Positions 7,421 to 16,831 of a DNA stretch of 16,831 bases are shown here, one piece after another. The DNA is taken from the IMG/VR virus record IMGVR_UViG_3300029878_000153. The stretch is one strand, 5' to 3'. The notes under the pieces are model-generated. The model ran no database searches. It saw nothing but the letters and a program-made list of their open reading frames with translations, and was not told the origin of the DNA. This DNA is from a virus (lineage: Duplodnaviria; Heunggongvirae; Uroviricota; Caudoviricetes). Position 1 is the stretch's first letter. Each line of letters begins with the position of its first letter. A program made the position numbers and the translations under genes.

Positions 7421-8194
7421 GGCAAGCCAGTGCCGGAGTATAAACCAAAGCTGGCAAGCAAAGGAACGAAGACGCGGCATCTGGCAATACTTCGCGCTAT
7501 TCTCAATATGGCTGTTGAATGGGGATGGCTTGACAGGCCTCCCAAAATATCAACACCACGCGTTAAGAATGGACGCATTAGATGGCTTACAGAAGAGGAA
7601 TCGAAGCGCCTGTTTGCAGAAATAGCTCCTCATTTCTTCCCTGTGGTCATGTTCGCAATAACTACAGGCCTTCGCCGTTCCAACGTTACAGACCTTGAGT
7701 GGTCACAGGTCGATCTGGATAAGAAAATGGCATGGATGCACCCTGATGAAACAAAAGCTGGCAATGCGATCGGAGTTCCTCTTAACGAAACCGCATGCCA
7801 GATATTAAGAAAACAGCAGGGTCTCCATAAGAGATGGGTGTTTGTCCACACCAAACCTGCCTACCGAAGCGACGGAACAAAAACAGCAGCGGTAAGGAAG
7901 ATGAGAACCGACAGCAACAAAGCATGGAAGGGAGCGTTAAAGCGGGCAGGCATTAGCAACTTCCGCTTCCATGACCTGAGGCATACCTGGGCAAGCTGGC
8001 TGGTTCAGTCCGGTGTCTCTCTTCTTGCACTTAAAGAGATGGGAGGATGGGAAACTCTCGAAATGGTTCAAAGATACGCCCACCTTTCAGCCGGGCATCT
8101 CACCGAGCACGCAAGCAAAATCGATGCGATTATAAGTCGCAATGGCACAAATACGGCACAAGAGGAGAACGTGGTTTACTTAAATGCTAGGTAA
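7421..8194 (+). pseudogene. Tyrosine recombinase (phage integrase), 5'-truncated; catalytic domain retained
   Basis: Catalytic signatures present: TGLRRS (Arg), HDLRHT (H-x-x-R), RYAHL (Tyr). Only about 85 residues precede the catalytic Arg, versus about 210 in lambda Int, so the N-terminal arm-binding domain is missing. The ORF-track extension back to 7163 is antisense read-through of the hub gene. Stop TAA at 8192-8194, 15 bp from the tRNA 3' end. Start coordinate approximate. Confidence 0.75.
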
Positions 8195-8225
8195 CTTATT
8201 GATTTAAATGGTGCCGATAATAGGA
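8195..8225. other. Predicted attL region (3' end of thrW plus the spacer to the integrase stop)
   Basis: Position only: the integrase ends 15 bp from the tRNA CCA end. The exact core cannot be defined without the attR copy, which is outside the window. Confidence 0.4.
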
Positions 8226-8284
8226 GTCGAACCTACGACCTTCGCATTACGAATGCGCTGCTCTACCAACTGAGCTATATCGGC
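8209..8284 (-). tRNA. thrW: tRNA-Thr (anticodon CGU)
   Basis: Reverse complement reads GCCGATATAGCTCAGTTGGTAGAGCAGCGCATTCGTAATGCGAAGGTCGTAGGTTCGACTCCTATTATCGGCACCA: 76 nt cloverleaf with 7-bp acceptor stem, GTTCGA T-loop, encoded CCA, anticodon CGT. Confidence 0.95.
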
Positions 8285-8335
8285 CCTGAAAGGACATGTT
8301 CACGAACGTGAATCACGGTGGACAAGGTTAAAACT

Positions 8336-8394
8336 AACCGGGCGATGCGTCAATGGCCTTGTGAATCAAATGGCTACTTTTGCATCACCCGGTT
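8336..8394 (-). terminator. Long inverted repeat immediately after the proA stop, followed by a U-run; candidate terminator/attenuator before thrW
   Basis: 12-bp arms AACCGGGCGATG (8336-8347) and CATCACCCGGTT (8383-8394), one G-U position, separated by about 35 nt; on the minus-strand transcript the stem is followed by AGUUUUAACC. The loop is unusually large, so confidence is low. Confidence 0.3.
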
Positions 8395-8398
8395 TTAT

Positions 8399-9652
8399 TT
8401 ACGCACGAATGGTGTAATCACCAATGCCGATCCACTTGTAAGTGGTCAGTGCTTCCAGCCCCATTGGGCCACGCGCGTGGAGTTTTTGTGTGCTTACCGC
8501 CACTTCCGCACCCAGACCAAACTGGCCGCCGTCGGTAAAACGCGTAGAGGCGTTAACGTAAACAGCGGACGAATCCACTTCGTTAACAAAACGCTGGGCG
8601 TTGCGCATATCGCGGGTCAGGATCGCATCGGAGTGTTGTGTGCCGTGTTCACGAATATGGGCGATGGCATCGTCAAGATCGCTGACGATTTTGACGTTCA
8701 AATCTAATGACAGAAACTCATCGTCATACTCTTCGGCTTTAACAGCAACCACCTTCGCAGGGCCTGCCTGCAACTGCGCCAGTGCAGCTGCATCTGCGTG
8801 TAATGTCACGCCGCTTTCCGCCATTTGTTTGCTTAATGCGGGCAGGAAGCTATCGGCGATGTTTTTATTCACCAGCAACGTTTCAACCGTATTACATGTG
8901 CTCGGACGCTGAGTTTTCGCGTTGACGATCACTTTTAATGCTTCAGCGATCTCTACACTTTCATCAACGTAAATATGGCATACGCCTATACCACCTGTGA
9001 TCACCGGGATTGTCGACTGTTCACGGCACAGTTTATGCAAACCAGCGCCACCACGCGGGATCAGCATGTCGATGTATTTATCCATACGCAGCATTTCACT
9101 GACCAGCGCACGGTCAGGATTATCAATCGCCTGCACGGCACCCGCCGGTAAGCCGCAGGATTTCAGGGCGTCCTGAATCACCGCCACCGTTGCAGCGTTA
9201 GTGCGACACGTTTCTTTGCCACCGCGCAGGATCACCGCATTACCGGTTTTCAGGCACAGCGAAGCGACATCAACCGTCACGTTCGGGCGCGCTTCATAAA
9301 TCACGCCAATAACCCCCAGCGGTACGCGACGACGCTCAAGACGCAGGCCGCTGTCCAGTACGCCGCCATCGATTACCTGCCCCACCGGATCGGCGAGGTT
9401 ACACACCTGGCGCACATCGTCGGCAATGCCTTTCAGCCGTGCGGGCGTCAGTGCCAGACGGTCAAGCATCGCTTCGCTAAGGCCGTTGGCACGCGCGTCA
9501 GCAACATCCTGCGCGTTAGCGTTGAGGATGATTTCGCTTTGTGCTTCCAGTTCATCGGCTATTTTTTCCAGTACGCGATTTTTTTCGCGGCTGGAGAGTT
9601 GCGCTAATTTATACGAGGCTTGCTTCGCGGCAATGCCCATTTGTTCCAGCAT
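8399..9652 (-). CDS. proA: Gamma-glutamyl phosphate reductase
   Basis: 417-aa ORF recognised as ProA ([20 protein letters not shown]...), aldehyde dehydrogenase-like; conserved synteny downstream of proB. Confidence 0.96.
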
Positions 9653-9663
9653 CAGCCTGCTCC

Positions 9664-10767
9664 TTAACGGGTAATCATGTCATCACGGTGAACGGCAACC
9701 GGGCCGTATTCATATCCCAGTATTGCATCAATTTCTTGCGAGTGGTGTCCGGCAATACGGCGTAATGCATCGCTGTTGTAACGACTGACACCGTGGGCGA
9801 TATCGCGGCCTTCGAGGTTGCAAATGCGGATGACTTCACCACGCGAGAAGTTGCCAGTCACGCTTTTAATGCCTTTCGGCAACAGGGAGCTGCCGCGTTC
9901 CAGAATGGCGGCAGTTGCCCCTTCATCTACCGTGATTTCCCCCGCAGGCGGCGCACCGAAAATCCAGCGTTTACGGTTTTCAAGCGGAGTCGCCTGGGCA
10001 TGGAACAGCGTACCGACGGAAATGCCTTCCATCACATCACCAATAACGCCCGGCTTGCTGCCCGCGGCAATAATGGTGTCGATACCCGCACGGCAAGCCA
10101 CGTCAGCGGCCTGCAATTTGGTACTCATGCCGCCAGTTCCGAGGCCTGAAACGCTGTCACCGGCAATCGCGCGCAGTGCGTCATCAATGCCGTAAACATC
10201 TTTAATCAGTTCTGCCTGCGGATTGCTGCGCGGATCAGCGGTATACAAACCTTTTTGATCGGTCAGCAGCAACAGTTTATCGGCACCCGCCAGAATCGCC
10301 GCCAGCGCAGAAAGGTTATCGTTATCGCCGACCTTAATCTCTGCCGTAGCGACAGCATCGTTCTCATTGATTACCGGAACGATATTGTTATCGAGCAACG
10401 CACGCAGGGTGTCGCGGGCGTTCAGGAAGCGTTCTCGGTCTTCCATATCAGCACGGGTCAGCAGCATTTGCCCGACGTGAATGCCATAAATCGAAAACAG
10501 CTGTTCCCACAGTTGAATCAGTCGACTCTGCCCTACCGCCGCCAGCAGTTGTTTCGAGGCGATAGTCGCTGGCAGTTCCGGGTAACCCAGGTGCTCACGT
10601 CCGGCGGCGATCGCGCCCGACGTCACAATAACAATCCGATGCCCGGCGGCATGTAACTGCGCGCACTGGCGAACAAGTTCAACGATATGGGCACGGTTCA
10701 GACGGCGCGATCCGCCTGTTAGCACACTGGTGCCGAGTTTTACCACCAGCGTCTGGCTGTCACTCAT
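9664..10767 (-). CDS. proB: Glutamate 5-kinase
   Basis: Recognised as ProB beginning [16 protein letters not shown] (ATG at 10765-10767); the ORF-track start at 10854 is an upstream in-frame extension. 11-nt gap to proA. Confidence 0.96.
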
Positions 10768-10955
10768 GATTCTCTGCCATTCAATTTTAGGAAAAATGAT
10801 ATCAAACGAACGTTTTAGCAGGACTGTCGTCGGTTGCCAACCATCTGCGAGCAAAGCATGGCGTTTTGTTGCGCGGGATCAGCAAGCCTAGCGGCAGTTG
10901 TTTACGCTTTTATTACAGATTTACTAAATTACCACATTTTAAGAATATTATTAAT

Positions 10956-10973
10956 CTGTAATATATCTTTAAC
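10956..10973 (+). promoter_or_regulatory. Pho box (PhoB binding site) in the phoE promoter
   Basis: CTGTAATATATCTTTAAC matches the 7-4-7 pho box consensus CTGTCAT-A(A/T)A(T/A)-CTGTCA(C/T); it lies about 80 bp upstream of the phoE start. phoE is a known Pho regulon member. Confidence 0.6.
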
Positions 10974-11054
10974 AATCTCAGGTTAAAAACTTTCCTGTTT
11001 TCAACGGGACTCTCCCGCTGAATATTCGCGCGTTAATTAAAATCAGGAATGAAA

Positions 11055-12110
11055 ATGAAAAAGAGCACTCTGGCATTAGTGGTGATGGGCATTGTGGCAT
11101 CTGCATCCGTACAGGCCGCAGAAATATATAACAAAGACGGTAATAAACTGGATGTCTATGGCAAAGTTAAAGCCATGCATTATATGAGTGATAACGACAG
11201 TAAAGATGGCGACCAGAGTTATATCCGTTTTGGTTTTAAAGGCGAAACACAAATTAACGATCAACTGACTGGCTATGGTCGTTGGGAAGCGGAGTTTGCC
11301 GGTAATAAAGCAGAGAGTGATACTGCACAGCAAAAAACGCGTCTCGCTTTTGCCGGGTTGAAATATAAAGATTTGGGTTCTTTCGATTATGGTCGTAACC
11401 TGGGCGCGTTGTATGACGTGGAAGCCTGGACCGATATGTTCCCGGAATTTGGTGGCGACTCCTCGGCGCAGACCGACAACTTTATGACCAAACGCGCCAG
11501 CGGTCTGGCGACGTATCGGAACACCGACTTCTTCGGCGTTATCGATGGCCTGAACTTAACCCTGCAATATCAAGGGAAAAACGAAAACCGCGACGTTAAA
11601 AAGCAAAACGGCGATGGCTTCGGCACGTCATTGACATATGACTTTGGCGGCAGCGATTTCGCCATTAGTGGGGCCTATACCAACTCAGATCGCACCAACG
11701 AGCAGAACCTGCAAAGCCGTGGCACAGGCAAGCGTGCAGAAGCATGGGCTACAGGTCTGAAATACGATGCCAATAATATTTATCTGGCAACTTTTTATTC
11801 TGAAACACGCAAAATGACGCCAATAACTGGCGGCTTTGCCAATAAGACACAGAACTTTGAAGCGGTCGCTCAATACCAGTTTGACTTTGGTCTGCGTCCA
11901 TCGCTGGGTTATGTCTTATCGAAAGGGAAAGATATTGAAGGTATCGGTGATGAAGATCTGGTCAATTATATCGATGTCGGGGCTACGTATTATTTCAACA
12001 AAAATATGTCAGCGTTTGTTGATTATAAAATCAACCAACTGGATAGCGATAACAAATTGAATATTAATAATGATGATATTGTCGCGGTTGGCATGACCTA
12101 TCAGTTTTAA
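11055..12110 (+). CDS. phoE: Outer membrane phosphoporin PhoE
   Basis: Recognised PhoE sequence with signal peptide [21 protein letters not shown] and C-terminal aromatic residue (...TYQF); AGGA 6 nt upstream of the ATG at 11055. The ORF-track start at 11049 is 2 codons upstream. Confidence 0.95.
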   Translation: MKKSTLALVVMGIVASASVQAAEIYNKDGNKLDVYGKVKAMHYMSDNDSKDGDQSYIRFGFKGETQINDQLTGYGRWEAEFAGNKAESDTAQQKTRLAFAGLKYKDLGSFDYGRNLGALYDVEAWTDMFPEFGGDSSAQTDNFMTKRASGLATYRNTDFFGVIDGLNLTLQYQGKNENRDVKKQNGDGFGTSLTYDFGGSDFAISGAYTNSDRTNEQNLQSRGTGKRAEAWATGLKYDANNIYLATFYSETRKMTPITGGFANKTQNFEAVAQYQFDFGLRPSLGYVLSKGKDIEGIGDEDLVNYIDVGATYYFNKNMSAFVDYKINQLDSDNKLNINNDDIVAVGMTYQF

Positions 12111-12118
12111 TGGATATT

Positions 12119-12139
12119 GCCGGATGTGATACATCCGGC
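12119..12139. terminator. Perfect 9-bp stem hairpin between convergent phoE and crl; candidate bidirectional terminator or REP-like element
   Basis: GCCGGATGT-GAT-ACATCCGGC; no strong U-tract on either side, so terminator function is uncertain. Confidence 0.4.
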
Positions 12140-12148
12140 ACATTTCAC

Positions 12149-12607
<459 letters not shown>

Positions 12608-13852
12608 TTAACACAAACGTTTTTCGATCCAGTCTGTGATTTCCTGAAGACCTTTGTCAAAATTCCGATACACCGGGTTAAATGGGATCTCTAATAATTT
12701 ACCGTCAGCAGATGATGAGGTGATTAAGCGTGAGTCCTCTTCCGGGCTGAACGGATCGTTCTTCCAGTAGCCTGATAACATTGGCGTTGGGCAGCGACGT
12801 CCCAGCAATCCTTGCACTTTTAATGAATAGCGATTCAGCTCCACGCGCAACGCTTCATCGGAAGCATCATGCATCCCCAAACGACTGGCCAGAACGTCAA
12901 GATACATTTCCGGCACCTGTTGCTGGCACTTAAAATCACTCAACAGGGTATGAACTACCGGACCAAGACAGGCAACCGCTTTCAGACGCGGCGATTCAAG
13001 ATATGCCAGACGCACGGCAACGTTAGCGCCGAAACGGAAACCAAAGGCCGCGACGCGAGTGTGATCCACCCACGGTACGTTAGGCAGCGCCTTTAAGACG
13101 TGCTGATGCAACAGGCTGGAGTCCTGGGTGAGCTTCCATTTTGAAGAAAAGCCCACCGATGGCATATCAATAGTCAGCATCGCAATGCCGCGCGGCGCAA
13201 AATAACGTTCATACAGGCTGTAATAGTCCGTCTGCATCGCATCCAGACCACCACACATTAATACTGTCGGGAACGGGCCATCGCCTTTCGGCATATGCAA
13301 AAAGCCGGTGATGGGCGCACCGCCGGGTACGGTAAACTCCATCTGCCGCATCGTGCCCGGCAGACGCTGGGCGGCCTCTTCATAGGCGCGGTTTGATAAA
13401 GCCTGCGCTTGCTCGGCCAGGTCATCTCCTTTCAGATGAGGATAGGCGGCAATGTTGTACAACGTAGCCGCATGCAGCCAGTGTCGACCACTGAGTTGCG
13501 GATCTTCTTCCGCACAGGCTTTTTGTTGCCACACCATCGCCTGGGTGGCCCACTCATAAATCCAGTTGCCACCACGGTAGCCAATCACAGTATCGTATAA
13601 ATCATCGTCGGTACGTTCAGCATCGCTCATCACAATACGTGCCTGGACGTCGAGGATTTCACGTGGGTCAATACCGCGCCAGATCCACATCAGACGGTTA
13701 ATCATGCGATACCAGTGAGGGATGGTTTTACCATCAAGAGCCGACTGCACAGGCGGTTGTGCGCCGTGATTAAAGCGGCGGACTAGCGTCGAGGTTTCAG
13801 GATGTTTAAAGCGGGGTTTGAACAGGGTTTCGCTCAGGTTTGCCTGTGTCAT
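12608..13852 (-). CDS. frsA: Fermentation/respiration switch protein FrsA (alpha/beta hydrolase fold esterase)
   Basis: 414-aa ORF recognised as FrsA ([27 protein letters not shown]...); conserved position between gpt and crl. Confidence 0.95.
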
Positions 13853-13902
13853 GGATGCAGCCTCCAGAATACTTACTGGAAACTATTGTAACCTGCCTGA
13901 AG

Positions 13903-13935
13903 TTAAAAAGAACAACGCCCGGCAGTGCCAGGCGT
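13903..13935 (-). terminator. Rho-independent terminator downstream of gpt
   Basis: On the minus-strand transcript: stem AACGCCUGGCA / UGCCGGGCGUU with loop CUG, followed by GUUCUUUUUAAC; begins 9 nt after the gpt stop. Confidence 0.55.
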
Positions 13936-13943
13936 TGAAAAGA

Positions 13944-14402
13944 TTAGCGACCGGAGATTGGCGGGACGAATACGACGCCCATATCCCACGGCTGTTCGAT
14001 CCAGGTATCTTGCGGGATATCAACAACATAGTCATCAACCAGCGGACGACCAGCCGGTTTTGCGAAGATGGTGACAAAGTGCGCTTTTGGATACATTTCA
14101 CGAATCGCAACCGCAGTACCACCGGTATCCACCAGGTCATCAATAACGATGAAGCCTTCGCCATCGCCTTCTGCGCGTTTCAGCACTTTAAGCTCGCGCT
14201 GGTTGTCGTGATCGTAGCTGGAAATACAAACGGTATCGACATGACGAATACCCAGTTCACGCGCCAGTAACGCACCCGGTACCAGACCGCCACGGCTTAC
14301 GGCAATAATGCCTTTCCATTGTTCAGAAGGCATCAGTCGGCTTGCGAGTTTACGTGCATGGATCTGCAACATGTCCCAGGTGACGATGTATTTTTCGCTC
14401 AT
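13944..14402 (-). CDS. gpt: Xanthine-guanine phosphoribosyltransferase
   Basis: 152-aa ORF recognised as Gpt ([23 protein letters not shown]...), with PRPP-binding motif [11 protein letters not shown]. Confidence 0.96.
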
Positions 14403-14662
14403 GTGAAGTGTCCCAGCCTGTTTATCTACGGCTTAAAAAGTGTTCGAGGGGAAAATAGGTTGCGCGAGATTATAGAGATCTGGCGCACTAAAAACCAGTA
14501 TTTCACATGAGTCCGCGTCTTTTTACGCACTGCCTCTCCCTGACGCGGGATAAAGTGGTATTCTCAAACATATCTCGCAAGCCTGTCTTGTGTTGACAAC
14601 ATTTTCTGCTAACCCTGTGACCTGCAATACTGTTTTGCGGGTGATCGACAAGGAGACTTAAC

Positions 14663-16120
14663 GTGTCTGAACTGTCTCAATTATCTCCACAGCCGCTGTG
14701 GGATATTTTTGCCAAAATCTGTTCTATTCCTCACCCGTCCTATCATGAAGAGCAACTCGCTGAATACATTGTTGGTTGGGCAAAAGAGAAAGGTTTCCAT
14801 GTCGAACGCGATCAGGTAGGTAATATCCTGATTCGTAAACCTGCCACCGCAGGTATGGAAAATCGTAAACCGGTCGTCTTGCAGGCCCACCTCGATATGG
14901 TGCCGCAGAAAAATAACGACACCGTGCATGACTTCACGAAAGATCCTATCCAGCCTTATATTGATGGTGAATGGGTTAAAGCGCGCGGCACCACGCTGGG
15001 TGCAGATAACGGCATTGGTATGGCGTCTGCGCTGGCGGTTCTGGCTGACGAAAACGTGGTTCACGGCCCGCTGGAAGTGCTGCTGACCATGACCGAAGAA
15101 GCCGGTATGGACGGTGCGTTCGGCTTACAGAGCAACTGGTTGCAGGCTGATATTCTGATTAACACCGACTCCGAAGAAGAAGGTGAAATCTACATGGGTT
15201 GCGCGGGGGGTATCGACTTCACCTCCAACCTGCATTTGGATCGTGAAGCGGTTCCAGCTGGCTTTGAAACCTTCAAGTTAACCTTAAAAGGTCTAAAAGG
15301 CGGTCACTCCGGCGGTGAAATCCACGTTGGCCTGGGTAATGCCAACAAACTGCTGGTGCGCTTCCTGGCGGGTCATGCGGAAGAGCTGGACCTGCGCCTT
15401 ATCGATTTCAACGGTGGCACACTGCGTAACGCCATCCCGCGTGAAGCCTTTGCGACCATTGCTGTCGCAGCTGATAAAGTCGACGCCCTGAAATCTCTGG
15501 TGAATACCTATCAGGAGATCCTGAAAAACGAGCTGGCAGAAAAAGAGAAAAATCTGGCCTTGTTGCTGGACTCTGTAGCGAACGATAAAGCTGCCCTGAT
15601 TGCGAAATCTCGCGATACCTTTATTCGTCTGCTGAACGCCACCCCGAACGGTGTGATCCGCAACTCCGACGTGGCAAAAGGTGTGGTCGAAACCTCCCTG
15701 AACGTCGGTGTGGTGACCATGACTGACAATAACGTAGAAATTCACTGTCTGATCCGTTCTCTGATCGACAGCGGTAAAGACTACGTGGTGAGCATGCTGG
15801 ATTCGCTGGGTAAACTGGCTGGCGCGAAAACCGAAGCGAAAGGCGCATATCCTGGCTGGCAGCCGGACGCTAATTCTCCGGTGATGCATCTGGTACGTGA
15901 AACCTATCAGCGCCTGTTCAACAAGACGCCGAACATCCAGATTATCCACGCGGGCCTGGAATGTGGTCTGTTCAAAAAACCGTATCCGGAAATGGACATG
16001 GTTTCTATCGGGCCAACAATCACCGGTCCACACTCTCCGGATGAGCAAGTTCACATCGAAAGCGTTGGTCATTACTGGACACTGCTGACTGAACTGCTGA
16101 AAGAAATTCCGGCGAAGTAA
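14663..16120 (+). CDS. pepD: Cytosol non-specific dipeptidase (aminoacyl-histidine dipeptidase, M20 family)
   Basis: 485-aa ORF recognised as PepD (MSELSQLSPQPLWDIFAKICSIPHPSYHEE...); GTG start at 14663 with AGGAG 8 nt upstream. Confidence 0.96.
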   Translation: MSELSQLSPQPLWDIFAKICSIPHPSYHEEQLAEYIVGWAKEKGFHVERDQVGNILIRKPATAGMENRKPVVLQAHLDMVPQKNNDTVHDFTKDPIQPYIDGEWVKARGTTLGADNGIGMASALAVLADENVVHGPLEVLLTMTEEAGMDGAFGLQSNWLQADILINTDSEEEGEIYMGCAGGIDFTSNLHLDREAVPAGFETFKLTLKGLKGGHSGGEIHVGLGNANKLLVRFLAGHAEELDLRLIDFNGGTLRNAIPREAFATIAVAADKVDALKSLVNTYQEILKNELAEKEKNLALLLDSVANDKAALIAKSRDTFIRLLNATPNGVIRNSDVAKGVVETSLNVGVVTMTDNNVEIHCLIRSLIDSGKDYVVSMLDSLGKLAGAKTEAKGAYPGWQPDANSPVMHLVRETYQRLFNKTPNIQIIHAGLECGLFKKPYPEMDMVSIGPTITGPHSPDEQVHIESVGHYWTLLTELLKEIPAK

Positions 16121-16132
16121 TTATTTGATTTG

Positions 16133-16170
16133 CTGCCGGATGGCGTTTAATCGCCTTCCGGCAGTTTCAT
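16133..16170 (+). terminator. Hairpin terminator after pepD (also separates the convergent prfH remnant)
   Basis: Arms CTGCCGGATGGCG / CGCCTTCCGGCAG with one mismatch, loop TTTAAT, followed by TTTCATCCTTCATTAT; starts 13 nt after the pepD stop. Confidence 0.5.
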
Positions 16171-16176
16171 CCTTCA

Positions 16177-16696
16177 TTATCCTTCGATAAAAGCCATCCC
16201 TGTAAATGTCCGTCGCGGGTTGCCACGTTCAATCTGGTGATGGAACATTCGCCGCTGCGATTTCAGCGCCGCGCTATTTTCCTGTTGCTGCTGCTCCAGC
16301 TTCCAGGCAATCAGCAATCGCGCCAGCCGTTTGTTAGCATGCTGGCTGCGCTCTGACTGAACCTTCACGCTAATACCGGATGCCAGATGCGTGGCGCGTA
16401 CCGCCGAGTCGGTTTTATTGACATGTTGACCGCCCGGCCCCGACGAACGCAGCGTCTCATAACGGATTGCATCCGATTGTTCCTTCTCATCAGCGGTAAA
16501 ACGCCCAATGCCCAGAAACCAGTTTTTGCGCCCATGATGAGGCCGATACGGACTCGGACAAATCCACTGAATAGTGCCACACCAGCTTTCGCTTAATGCC
16601 CATGCGTTATCGCCATCCAGAGAAACCAGCGCCGAACGCAGCGTGTCAGAGTAGCGGCCCGTTTCTGTTTCCAGCACCGTTACAGCGACGTCTTGT
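16177..16696 (-). pseudogene. prfH: Peptide chain release factor homolog RF-H, N-terminally truncated remnant
   Basis: Contains the GGQ motif ([11 protein letters not shown]) of class I release factors. The first ~12 codons of the ORF-track frame ([11 protein letters not shown]) are rtcB-like DNA read in another frame, so the real N-terminus is missing. Same pepD-adjacent position as the prfH pseudogene recalled from E. coli K-12. Confidence 0.6.
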
Positions 16697-16831
16697 CGGG
16701 TAAAAACGACCAACAGAGAAGAACGCTGCGCCAATCGGGTAGCCGCGTCCGGGGTGTAAATCTGGCATCCCCACTACGCGCTGCATGTTGGGTAAATTTG
16801 CCGTGGTGTGTAATTGTTGGATCGCTAAACT
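16697..16831 (-). pseudogene. RtcB-like RNA ligase gene fragment entering from the right edge, disrupted at about 16697 (ykfJ-like)
   Basis: The minus-strand frame open from the window edge reads ...[45 protein letters not shown], matching the conserved RtcB MPD(L/V)HxGxGxxIG motif region, then loses frame and terminates shortly after. Confidence 0.5.

Larger units (their letters stand above)
1..8208. mobile_element. Prophage remnant integrated at the 3' end of tRNA-Thr (thrW); left boundary lies outside the window
   Basis: Integrase fragment ends 15 bp from the tRNA 3' CCA end; a contiguous minus-strand block of Mu/P2-type baseplate and fiber genes; an AT-rich cargo island at about 75-3000; core genes resume immediately right of the tRNA. 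Confidence 0.75.

Noticed and set aside
8318-9765. Several plus-strand ORFs (8318..8707, 8601..8912, 9426..9674, 9541..9765)
   Set aside because: All are antisense or out-of-frame overlaps of proA/proB, with Ala/Ser/Arg-rich junk composition.
9793-10656. Plus-strand ORFs inside proB (9793..10149, 9818..10195, 10255..10656)
   Set aside because: Antisense to the confidently identified proB; no independent support.
12119-12139. Hairpin between phoE and crl as a mobile REP element
   Set aside because: A single short palindrome resembling half a REP consensus; annotated only as a terminator-like hairpin.
13818-14270. 150-aa plus-strand ORF
   Set aside because: Overlaps the frsA start and runs antisense through gpt; gpt is recognised with confidence.
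15293-16072. 259-aa minus-strand ORF
   Set aside because: Antisense to pepD, whose product is confidently recognised over its full length; a chance open frame in GC-rich coding DNA.

Overview
This window reads as an Escherichia/Shigella-type chromosomal segment, identified from protein sequences I recognise in the ORF track and not from any database search. The right part (about 8.2-16.8 kb) is the conserved core block thrW(tRNA-Thr) - proA - proB - phoE - crl - frsA - gpt - pepD - prfH'/rtcB-like', in reverse orientation relative to the usual K-12 map. The left part (1 to about 8.2 kb) is a decayed prophage integrated at the 3' end of thrW: a 5'-truncated tyrosine integrase abuts a 5'-truncated Mu/P2-type baseplate hub gene, followed by an apparently intact baseplate module and a short glycine-rich tail fiber. 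Beyond the fiber is an AT-rich cargo island: a small Cro/YdaS-like HTH gene translationally coupled to an AT3-family membrane acyltransferase (Oac/OafA-like candidate O-antigen acetylase), and a divergently transcribed 490-aa protein with three tandem repeats that I cannot assign. The cargo island is the most likely place for anything new. No CRISPR array, rRNA or IS element was recognised.
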